A stretch of 64,000 nt of DNA from Acidobacteriota bacterium (GTDB taxonomy: Bacteria; Acidobacteriota; Terriglobia; Terriglobales; SCQP01). Under the pieces are notes generated by a model, which was not told the origin of the DNA, did no database searches, and saw only the letters and a list, made by a program, of their open reading frames with translations. Every line of letters starts with the position of its first letter. The first letter of the stretch is position 1. Shown here one piece after another: positions 21,121-28,871 of this stretch. The stretch covers positions 19,571 through 83,570 of the forward strand of contig DAIDIE010000018.1 of the NCBI GenBank assembly GCA_027459505.1, written 5' to 3'. The position numbers and the translations under genes were made by a program.

Positions 21121-21490
21121 TAGGCATGGGCTCACGGGAGTCGACCTCACCGGCGAGGGCAGCTACACTTCCAGCTGGGGGGCGGACGGGCAGCTCAAGT
21201 GCATCGGCAAAGGCGCCTCGGTGTGCGTCACCTACGACGCGCTGGGCCGTGAGGTGAAAGTCAACAACAACGGCAAACCCACGGAACTGGTGTACTGCCT
21301 GGTCGGCGACCGCATTGCCACCTTCAACGGGCAGAAGATGGTCTCCGCGCGGTGGCCCTGCCGCTGGGCGGCGCGGCGCTTTATGGGGCCGGTGGCGGCT
21401 TCCAGGGATGCCAGCGCGGTGGACCCGCTTGGTCGTGACGCTAGCGTGGCCGGCTGTGTAACTAACCAAGTGACTCCAGTGATCCCGTGA
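21104..21490 (+). pseudogene. RHS/YD-repeat protein fragment, 5'-truncated and frameshifted
   Basis: YD-repeat signature VTYDALGREVKV. A shifted frame reads VALPLGGAALYGAGGGF, which is typical of the RHS core. The original frame then gives AVDPLG, resembling the core-terminal DPxG(L) motif, and only about 18 codons follow it. Confidence 0.6.
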
Positions 21491-21531
21491 GGGCGTGAAT
21501 GAGACTTCGAATATCTGCTCTGACTGTGTAG

Positions 21532-22176
21532 ATGTGCGGCGTAATTGGGAGCGCTCAGTCCTCAGGCGCAGCTGCGGCAGCGGGGCACAATGCTGCCGGT
21601 GATAAGGTTACGCGTCAGCAAGAAGACCTGACCTACAGTTACCTCTCCGAGGCCTTGGGGCCGCGGCAGCCGGCACGGCTGTACTATGCGGCCGACTGCT
21701 CAGCGCGCTCCGTGGAGCCGCTTCCTTTCCCAGTCCTCGACGTGACGAAGCCACCAAAGAGTGGTCCCACAGCCAAGAAGGTGCGAGCTGTGTTCGCCAA
21801 GGTCGGGGGAGTCACCGTGACATCCGGCCCCGCAGGGATTATTAGGATCACAATCGGAACGCCGGATAAGGCTCCATTGATGGTGCGCATAGCTTATGTG
21901 AGGTTCACCGAGGAACAAAGGTGGGATCCGCTGAGCGCTATCAATGCCATCATGACGAGCAAAGAGGTAGTCTATCGCATGAGTCGGCAGGGCGCATTGT
22001 GGCAGCGGCCGTTCGACGACACTCTCAATCCAATTACTAAGGTTCCGAAGCTGCCGGCAACCCTGCGAGATATGAGCGTTGACGAGGCGCTGGACAGGAT
22101 TGCGCTGGCGTTTGGGATCGAAATCGATTACGGAGAATGCGGCCGAAAAGGACTCATATATTTTTCGGTCCTCTGA
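21532..22176 (+). CDS. Hypothetical protein, paralog B (possibly 5'-disrupted)
   Basis: 214 aa, paralogous to 19921-20646. In the same frame upstream, ATG 21499 encodes MRLRISALTV, then TAG (21529-21531), then ATG 21532. Confidence 0.6.
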   Translation: MCGVIGSAQSSGAAAAAGHNAAGDKVTRQQEDLTYSYLSEALGPRQPARLYYAADCSARSVEPLPFPVLDVTKPPKSGPTAKKVRAVFAKVGGVTVTSGPAGIIRITIGTPDKAPLMVRIAYVRFTEEQRWDPLSAINAIMTSKEVVYRMSRQGALWQRPFDDTLNPITKVPKLPATLRDMSVDEALDRIALAFGIEIDYGECGRKGLIYFSVL

Positions 22177-22518
22177 AGGAGCGAGCCACCGAGTCCTTCC
22201 TGCGGGAGGAGATCCCCGCCCGGCAACGGCAGACAACGCCGTTGCTGGGGCCCGTCGCAGGTTGAGGGCTGCGAAATTCCGAGGGGCGGCCTCCTCGCGC
22301 CGGAGAGGAGCCCGGCCATCGGCGGCTTCACGTTCTCACTGGAGAACGTGCCAGCGACCCAACGGAAAGCAATGCCAGCGGGCGGCTCAGGAGACGACGC
22401 CGTGCCTCCGTGCTGGCCTCGATTTCAGCCGAGGCTTCAGGTGACGATTGAGGGGCCTAGACCTGCTGTTCGCCCCGAAGCACCTGCCGCTGGGCGGCGC
22501 GCCGGGTCGCGGCTTGTG

Positions 22519-22627
22519 CAGGATTGCGGGCTGTATCCTGGCGTGGCTCCGCCACGCGGTTCTATATTTGGCGGACTAACCAGCGGTTTCACCGCTGGCT
22601 ACTTTCCAAAGCGTCGCTCCGCGACGC
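22519..22627. repeat. Cluster of four short GC-rich hairpins (REP-like)
   Basis: CAGGAT..ATCCTG (22519-22540), GCGTGGC-TCC-GCCACGC (22541-22557), CCAGCGG-TTTCA-CCGCTGG (22580-22598), GCGTCGC-TCC-GCGACGC (22611-22627). Confidence 0.6.
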
Positions 22628-22745
22628 GCTGACCGGAGGGCGTTGAGGCCGGAGCAGGCAATGGCCAAAGCGCGCGTTGACCGGGGTGCGCAAGGACCGG
22701 AGTGTTAAGCGGCGTTTCTATTCTCTTTGCTTTGTCGCTCAAAAA

Positions 22746-22865
22746 CCCCGGATACGGCGGCCGTGGCGCCGCCTAGCGAATTCATTCGAGGGCTAGTCTT
22801 GCCCGGCGCCAAGCGTGATCTAGTTTTGTGGCGCACTGGCAGGCGCGCTGACAGGGACGCAGTAC
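22746..22865. repeat. Bipartite ~120-bp repeat, copy 1
   Basis: 59-nt block CCCCGGATACGGCGGCCGTGGCGCCGCCTAGCGAATTCATTCGAGGGCTAGTCTTGCCC (22746-22804), a variable ~30 nt, then GGCGCGC..ACAGGGACGCAGTAC (ending 22865). Confidence 0.8.
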
Positions 22866-23122
22866 CGCGTGGATTAGCAGTCTGGGTGTGAGTTGTGTCC
22901 GCTTGGCAGTGTGAGCAGGGACGGGCCTCAGGGCAGCAGGGGGTTTGGCGGCATACGCGCTTCGCGCTATGTTGCTTCCCGATAACTTTGTTCGACACTT
23001 TGGACCGGCTGACGCCGGGGCCCCGTCCTGCCGGCGATGGAAGTGGGCGTTTGCGTTGGGGCGGGACGGGGCGTGGAGGCTGCGCGGCTTTTCTTGTTTC
23101 TTTTTTTGGGGCCTGAGGCTGA

Positions 23123-23242
23123 CCCCGGATACGGCGGCCGTAGCGCCGCCTAGCGAATTCATTCGAGGGCTAATCTTGCCCCTGCCCAACCAGCGCGGCG
23201 TTGACAGGCCAGCTTGCCGGCGCGCAAACAGGGACGCAGTAC
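23123..23242. repeat. Bipartite ~120-bp repeat, copy 2
   Basis: 57/59 identity to copy 1 over 23123-23181. The same ACAGGGACGCAGTAC block sits at an identical offset of 105 nt (23228-23242). Confidence 0.8.
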
Positions 23243-23313
23243 GGCAAAGCCCACCAAAGCAATGCGTCCGCGAGGGCCATTCCAACCACTTCGGTATCGC
23301 CACTTCCAGCTAG

Positions 23314-24207
23314 CTACGCTTTTTGTGCTTGCGTGCGTTCCTTCATGAGCTGGATGAAGGATTGGGCGGCGCGGGGCAGGGAGCGGTCGCGGCGGTAGGC
23401 CAGGCCCAATTCGCGCCAAAGGTCCACACCCTGGATGGGGATCAACTTGGCTTCGCCGTTGCGGATCTCGTCATTGGCGTAGCTGGCACTCATCAGAGAG
23501 ACGCCGAGGTTGGCGGCGACAAAGCGTTTGATCATGCCCACGCTGGCGAGTTCCATGGAGACCTGCAGATGGGAGCGGTAAGGGCGAAAGAGCTTGTCCA
23601 GCACCTGCCGGGTGTAGCCGGTTTTGGGGAAGATGATGGGGTGCTCGGCAATTTCGCTGACGCGAATGCTGGGACGGCGTGAAAACGGGTGCTGGGAGGA
23701 GACCATCAGCATGAGACGGTCGCGGAAGATGGGCACGGTTTCAACGCTGGGGCTGTTGACGGGAAGCGTGACGATGCCGATGTCGATGGAGCCTTCATCG
23801 ATTTTCTGCAGAATCTTGTGGCTGAAGTTGCGATAGACGCTGATCTGCACCTTGGGATACAGGCGGTGGTAGTCGGAAAAGGCGTCGGGCAGGACGTAGA
23901 GGCAGGTGGCCTCGTTGGCGCCGATCGCCAAGGTGCCGCGCGGGGTGCTGCGCTGGTCGGCGACCGCGCGCAGGCTTTCGTTGCGCAGTGTCAGCAGGCG
24001 ATTGGCGTATTCGAACAGTACCTCTCCTGCCGGGGTGAGGCGGACGGCCTTGCCCACGCGATCAAAGAGCTTTTCTCCATATTCCTGTTCGAGTTGACGG
24101 ATCTGGGCGCTGACGGCGGGCTGGGAGCGGAACACCTTCTGGCCGGCGCGGGAGAAGCTGCCCTGCTTGGCAACTTCGAGGAATGTGATGAGCTGATCAA
24201 AGTCCAT
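23314..24207 (-). CDS. LysR-family transcriptional regulator
   Basis: Start at MDFDQLITFLEVAKQGSFSRAGQKVFRSQPAVSAQIRQLE (wHTH) with a C-terminal substrate-binding domain. Confidence 0.92.
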   Translation of the reverse strand: MDFDQLITFLEVAKQGSFSRAGQKVFRSQPAVSAQIRQLEQEYGEKLFDRVGKAVRLTPAGEVLFEYANRLLTLRNESLRAVADQRSTPRGTLAIGANEATCLYVLPDAFSDYHRLYPKVQISVYRNFSHKILQKIDEGSIDIGIVTLPVNSPSVETVPIFRDRLMLMVSSQHPFSRRPSIRVSEIAEHPIIFPKTGYTRQVLDKLFRPYRSHLQVSMELASVGMIKRFVAANLGVSLMSASYANDEIRNGEAKLIPIQGVDLWRELGLAYRRDRSLPRAAQSFIQLMKERTQAQKA

Positions 24208-24280
24208 GGACAAGTTCGCCGGGAAGGACTTCGCGGGCTCCCAGCACATCCTTTGAAAAAAAGGTTGAGCGTCAGGCTCA

Positions 24281-24297
24281 GCTTAACAGAGTTAAGC
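24281..24297. promoter_or_regulatory. Candidate LTTR box (T-N11-A dyad) upstream of the LysR gene
   Basis: GCTTAAC-AGA-GTTAAGC perfect 7-bp inverted repeat. The core TTAACAGAGTTAA fits T-N11-A. About 75-90 bp upstream of the LysR start. Confidence 0.45.
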
Positions 24298-24310
24298 GAC
24301 GATGGGGCGC

Positions 24311-24362
24311 GAGGTTGAGCATAGAGGTTGAGCACAGAGGTTGCGCACAGAGGTTGCGCACA
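24311..24362. repeat. 13-bp tandem repeat x4 (GAGGTTG[A/C]GCA[T/C]A)
   Basis: GAGGTTGAGCATA GAGGTTGAGCACA GAGGTTGCGCACA GAGGTTGCGCACA, followed by a partial GAG. An extra AGGTTGAGC occurs at 24262-24270. Confidence 0.9.
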
Positions 24363-24507
24363 GAGCGGGGCTGACGGGGGTGGAGGCGAAAACCTTGGAA
24401 GCGAGGCGCGAAGGTGCATGTGAGTTCAGGTGGGACGCAGCCGGGAGGGCACTGCTGGCGAGCGACATGATCTGTCGTGACCGCCGCAGCAATTCCGCGA
24501 GAGGCCG

Positions 24508-25671
24508 CTAGGCCAAGGTGAGGGCATGGTTGCGCGGCGCGTGCGCGTCCGCGGTTTCGCCGTAGATCTGGATCATGCGCCGCGCCGCGTCATCCCAACT
24601 GAACTGTTGCACCTGACGGTAGCCGAGGGCCTTGAGGCGCTCGCGGGCCGGTGCGTCCAACAAAGCCTGGCGGAGGCCGCGCATGATGTCGAAGACGTTT
24701 TCCGGGTTCACCAGCAGGGCGGCCTGGTCGACGACTTCGGGAAGCGAACTGGTGTTGGAGGTGACCACGGGGGTGCCATGCGCCATGGCCTCCAGCGGCG
24801 GCATGCCGAAGCCTTCATAACGGGAAGGGAAGGCGAAGACCTTGGCGACGTCGTAAAAAATGCGGAGGCTTTCGATGGGAACGAAGCCCAGGAAGCGCAC
24901 ATCGTTTTCAATACGGCTGCGGATGACGGTGCGGCGCAAGTGGGGATGCTTGGAGAGTTCGTCGCCGATGATGATCAGTTTCAGATCCGTATAGACACCG
25001 AGTTTATTGAGTTCGGCTTTGAGAGCGGCGAAGGCTTCAATGAGTTTTTCAATGTTTTTGTGGCGCTGGACGCGGCCGGCGTAGAGGATGAAGGGATAGT
25101 GAATGGCGTAGCGCTCGGCAATGAACTGGCGTTCCGCCTCGCTGGCGTGTCCCTGCAGGAAGCGCTCATCAATACCGTTGTAGACCACGTCGACGCGTTC
25201 CGGGGGGATGGCGAAGACGCGCATGAGGTCGCGCCGGGTGGCGTGGGAGACGGCGACGAGGCGGGCGGCGCCGCGCAGGGAACGCCGGACCAGGGAAAAC
25301 ATGGAGGCGGAGAGCCATTGCGAGCGGCGGCCGGGGGGATAGATGAATTCCACCAGATCGTGGATGGTGACCACGTAAGGACAGGGTAGGGATTGGGGAA
25401 TCCAGTGGTAGTGCGGGACATGAAAGACCTGAGCGCGGTGACGGCGCAAGAGCAGGTGCAGGGCGTAGATATTGCGCGGCGAGCGTTCCGAGACGCGGTA
25501 GGGGATGGGGACGAAGTTGGCGGGGAGCTCCTCGCCGCCGTTGTCGTCCCACCCCACCAGGAGATAGCGGTTGATCTGATCGAGGCGGGCGAGGCTGCGC
25601 AGGATATTGCGCAGGTAGGTGCCAAAACCAAAATGGTTGACGCGGCGAACGTCGATGGCGATGTTGGCCAT
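24508..25671 (-). CDS. Glycosyltransferase family 4 (GT-B, GT1-type C-terminal domain)
   Basis: Start at MANIAIDVRR. C-terminal FAFPSRYEGFGMPPLEAMAHGTPVVTSN (the E-X7-E region of retaining GT4 enzymes). Confidence 0.88.
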   Translation of the reverse strand: MANIAIDVRRVNHFGFGTYLRNILRSLARLDQINRYLLVGWDDNGGEELPANFVPIPYRVSERSPRNIYALHLLLRRHRAQVFHVPHYHWIPQSLPCPYVVTIHDLVEFIYPPGRRSQWLSASMFSLVRRSLRGAARLVAVSHATRRDLMRVFAIPPERVDVVYNGIDERFLQGHASEAERQFIAERYAIHYPFILYAGRVQRHKNIEKLIEAFAALKAELNKLGVYTDLKLIIIGDELSKHPHLRRTVIRSRIENDVRFLGFVPIESLRIFYDVAKVFAFPSRYEGFGMPPLEAMAHGTPVVTSNTSSLPEVVDQAALLVNPENVFDIMRGLRQALLDAPARERLKALGYRQVQQFSWDDAARRMIQIYGETADAHAPRNHALTLA

Positions 25672-25797
25672 ATAGCAACCGGGCGGAATGGCGAACGCGG
25701 AGCGCAACCGTGGTCGTAGTGAAAGCCCCGCAGTGTGATTGGGCGGTCCGGAGGCAGCCGCAAGGGGCTGCCCGGGTCCGCATTTCACCCGTTACGC

Positions 25798-27066
25798 TTA
25801 GCGCACGGCCGCCTGGCGCAATTCGGGATAGAGGGGGAAGCGCTCCACCAGATCGAGCACTTTGCGGCGCACGCCGGCGAGAACCTGGGGCTGCTGGTAG
25901 CCGCGCAGCGCCTCGGCGATGAGGCCGCCAATCTGTTGCATTTCCGCTTCGCGCATGCCACGGGTGGTGATGGCGGGCGTGCCCAGGCGGATACCGCTGG
26001 GGTTCATCGGCGGATTGGTGTCAAAGGGGATGGCGTTCTTGTTGACAGTGATATTGGCTTCGCCGAGAGCGTGTTCGGCATCTTTGCCGCGAATGCCCTG
26101 GGAGAAGACGTCGACCAGCATGAGATGGGTATCGGTGCCGCCGGAAATAATGCGGAAGCCTTCGGCCTGAAGCTGGGCAGCCAGGGCGCGGGCATTGGCC
26201 ACCACCTGGGCGGCGTACCGCTGGAAGGAGGGGCGCAGGGCCTCGCCGAAGCAGACGGCTTTGGCGGCGACGATATGCATGAGCGGACCGCCCTGATTGC
26301 CGGGGAAGACGGTTTTATCGATGGCGGCGGCGAACTCTTTGCGGCTCAGGATGAGGCCGGCGCGGGGGCCGCGCAGCGTCTTATGGGTGGTGCTGGTGAC
26401 AATGTGCGCGTGCTCGACGGGGTTGGGATGAACCTTGCCGGCGACCAGGCCGGCGAAATGCGCCATATCAACCATGAACAGCGCTCCCACCTCGTCGGCA
26501 ATGGCGCGCATGCGCGCGAAGTCGAAAATGCGAGGATAGGCGCTGCCTCCACCGACGATCAATTTAGGACGGTGTTCGCGGGCGAGCGAGGCGAGCTGGT
26601 CGTAGTCGAGGGTCTCGGTATCGCGCGAAACCTCATAGGGGACGATCTTAAAGGTCTTGCCGGAAAAGTTCAGGGGGTGGCCGTGCGTGAGGTGTCCGCC
26701 ATGCGCCAGGCTGAGACCCATGATGGTGTCGCCAGGCTGCAGGACGGCGCCGTAGGCCGACTGGTTCGCCTGAGAGCCGGAGTGCGGCTGGACGTTGGCG
26801 TGTTCGGCGCCAAAAAGTTGGCAGGCGCGCTGGCGCGCCAACTCCTCAACCTTGTCGACGAACTCGCAGCCGCCGTAATAGCGCTTGCCGGGATAGCCTT
26901 CGGCGTATTTGTTGGTCAACACCGACCCAGCCGCTTCCAACACCGCGGGGCTGACGAAGTTTTCCGAGGCGATCAGTTCCAGGTGCTCGTGCTGGCGCTC
27001 GGTTTCCTGTTCCATGGCCAAGGCAAGTTCGGGATCTTCAGCGGAAATGGCGGGGTAGGGCTTCAT
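25798..27066 (-). CDS. glyA: Serine hydroxymethyltransferase
   Basis: Start at [15 protein letters not shown]...[10 protein letters not shown]. The PLP-Lys motif is [13 protein letters not shown]. Confidence 0.97.
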   Translation of the reverse strand: MKPYPAISAEDPELALAMEQETERQHEHLELIASENFVSPAVLEAAGSVLTNKYAEGYPGKRYYGGCEFVDKVEELARQRACQLFGAEHANVQPHSGSQANQSAYGAVLQPGDTIMGLSLAHGGHLTHGHPLNFSGKTFKIVPYEVSRDTETLDYDQLASLAREHRPKLIVGGGSAYPRIFDFARMRAIADEVGALFMVDMAHFAGLVAGKVHPNPVEHAHIVTSTTHKTLRGPRAGLILSRKEFAAAIDKTVFPGNQGGPLMHIVAAKAVCFGEALRPSFQRYAAQVVANARALAAQLQAEGFRIISGGTDTHLMLVDVFSQGIRGKDAEHALGEANITVNKNAIPFDTNPPMNPSGIRLGTPAITTRGMREAEMQQIGGLIAEALRGYQQPQVLAGVRRKVLDLVERFPLYPELRQAAVR

Positions 27067-27382
27067 CGGGTAGCAGGTGCTCCTCAGCGAGTATTTGCGA
27101 CAGTGCCGGGGCCCGGAGGGGGAGACGGCACGCCAGAACGGTTGTTGAACGCGGATCTTATGGCCAAGCCACACGGCGCCCATGGAGAGGGACGACCAGC
27201 GCCTGGGTGAAGGATCGCGAGTGCTGAACCTGGTGGTCCGGCGGTCACTCTCCATTATGCGCGAGAGCCGCCGCCGGAGGATATGGCGATCGATTGAGGT
27301 GGCACGCTCTGGCGCTGTCAAGGCGGAGTTGATGGCTGGCGGAGCGAAAACTGGACAGATGATCCAGGGGTGATGGCTGCTG

Positions 27383-27415
27383 AAAAAAAACCCGGAAGAC
27401 TTTGCGTCTTCCGGG
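27383..27415 (-). terminator. Strong rho-independent terminator, about 240 nt downstream of holA and 315 nt upstream of the glyA start
   Basis: CCCGGAAGAC-GCAAA-GTCTTCCGGG followed by U8 on the minus strand. Confidence 0.85.
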
Positions 27416-27656
27416 AGTGGTCGTTGCCCTGTAGGGCACGGTCAAGTGTGTGGATAGAACTAATATACTCAAAACCGAATTCACAAAACAGAATTTTTTT
27501 CTGATTTCAAATATTGGAAACGGAAGTGGTTGGGAAGCGATTTCCATTTGAGAATAGAAATCGTTGAAACAAAAGGATTTGATTTGATCGAGCGCGGGGC
27601 TTTGAAGTTGAGGTGGAGGAGTTGGTCACTCCTATTTTATGGAATCAGCAGTAGCG

Positions 27657-28859
27657 CTATAGGGCGGCGCTGAGTGTCTGCTGGCGCCATGGGTTAAGGG
27701 GTGCGGGTGCGGTTGTGAGATCAAAAAGCACCTGTTCCATCACGAGGCGGGCCGAAAGCGGGGAAGAGCGCAGCCACACATCGGCCTTTTGCAGCAGTTC
27801 CAGCGCGCGCAGCAGGGTACGCAGCGGCATGCGTTCACTGACGGCCAGGATGTCGTCGGCGGCGAAGGTCGGGGGCTTGAGGCCGTCGGGCAAGACGGAG
27901 TAGAGCTGACCGCGGTCGCGAATGCCACGCTCTTTCAAGAGCACGGCCATTTTGAAAATACGAGCGAGCTGAAAGATCAGGGGAATACCCAGGGCATCGC
28001 CTTCGGCGTCCCACATGGTCTCGAGTACCTGCAGGGCGCGAACGCGATCGCGCAGGGCCAAGGCGCGGGCCAAGTCATAGGCGGAGCGCTGCCGGTTGGC
28101 GCTGACCATCATTTCGACATCCTGCTTGCGCACCACGCCCTCCTGCTGGGCAAAGCAGCAGAGTTTACCAAGCTCGGCGGAGGTCATGCCCAGATCGCCG
28201 TCGAGCAGTTCCAGGAGCAGGCGAGCGGCGTCGGGCTCAATCTTCATATTCTGTTCGCCAGCCAACTGGCGGGCAATTTCCACGCCCTGGGCTTCGGCGA
28301 CGCGGGCGCAAAGGAAGGTTTCGACCCCTTTGCCGGCGCCCAACGTCTCCTCGATGCGCTTCAGTTTGCTCTTGTCATCGAGGGAGATGCGGCGCTGGTC
28401 GACAGGAACGCGCAGGTGATCGGCGATAAAGACGAGGACGGAGTTGGGGTTGGCGTCTTTGAGATAGCCGTGCAGGTTATTGGGGAAGTCGCCGTGCTTG
28501 CGGCGCGAACCTTTCTTTTTGGGCGCATCACCGCTGCCGCCGCCGCGCCCGAAGAGGTCCTTAACGTTGCGGATGAAAAAAATCTGGACCGGGGCCATGA
28601 GGGAGGAGTTGCGCGCCCGGTCAAGGATGTCGTCGAGCCCGGTGGTGGAGAGATCTTCTTCAAAGACGCAGTAGCCGTGCATCTCCTGGGGGACAAGCAA
28701 CTGGAGCAGCGCCTGGCGAAAGCGGTCGCGGAAGAAGATTTCATCGCCCACCAGCACGTAGGCGGGCCGGATGCGATCCCGCTGCAAAGGGGGCAGGAGT
28801 TTGTCGAGCAGGCTCACTGGCGCATTATAGCGCCTTGGCGAGGCGGGGGCGTTGGCCAT
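27657..28859 (-). CDS. holA: DNA polymerase III subunit delta
   Basis: 400 aa. The N-terminal ...AYVLVGDEIFFRD... pattern, the length, and adjacency to lptE (the conserved lptE-holA pair). Confidence 0.85.
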   Translation of the reverse strand: MANAPASPRRYNAPVSLLDKLLPPLQRDRIRPAYVLVGDEIFFRDRFRQALLQLLVPQEMHGYCVFEEDLSTTGLDDILDRARNSSLMAPVQIFFIRNVKDLFGRGGGSGDAPKKKGSRRKHGDFPNNLHGYLKDANPNSVLVFIADHLRVPVDQRRISLDDKSKLKRIEETLGAGKGVETFLCARVAEAQGVEIARQLAGEQNMKIEPDAARLLLELLDGDLGMTSAELGKLCCFAQQEGVVRKQDVEMMVSANRQRSAYDLARALALRDRVRALQVLETMWDAEGDALGIPLIFQLARIFKMAVLLKERGIRDRGQLYSVLPDGLKPPTFAADDILAVSERMPLRTLLRALELLQKADVWLRSSPLSARLVMEQVLFDLTTAPAPLNPWRQQTLSAAL

Positions 28860-28871
28860 CTGGATACCGTC

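Noticed and set aside
24311-24362. CRISPR-like array.
   Set aside because: The units are 13 bp and directly abutting with no spacers. There are no cas genes in the window. It is a simple tandem repeat.
27067-27382. ZTP (pfl) or THF riboswitch in the glyA leader.
   Set aside because: The only similarity (GGGACGACCAGCGCCTGGGTG) is on the wrong (+) strand. It lacks both the GGGUCGUGACUGGCG core and the CCGCCUGGGCA core.
27245-27547. 100-aa ORF on the minus strand in the AT-rich holA-glyA gap.
   Set aside because: It reads through a strong intrinsic terminator and a poly-U tract. There is no RBS and no coding-like composition.
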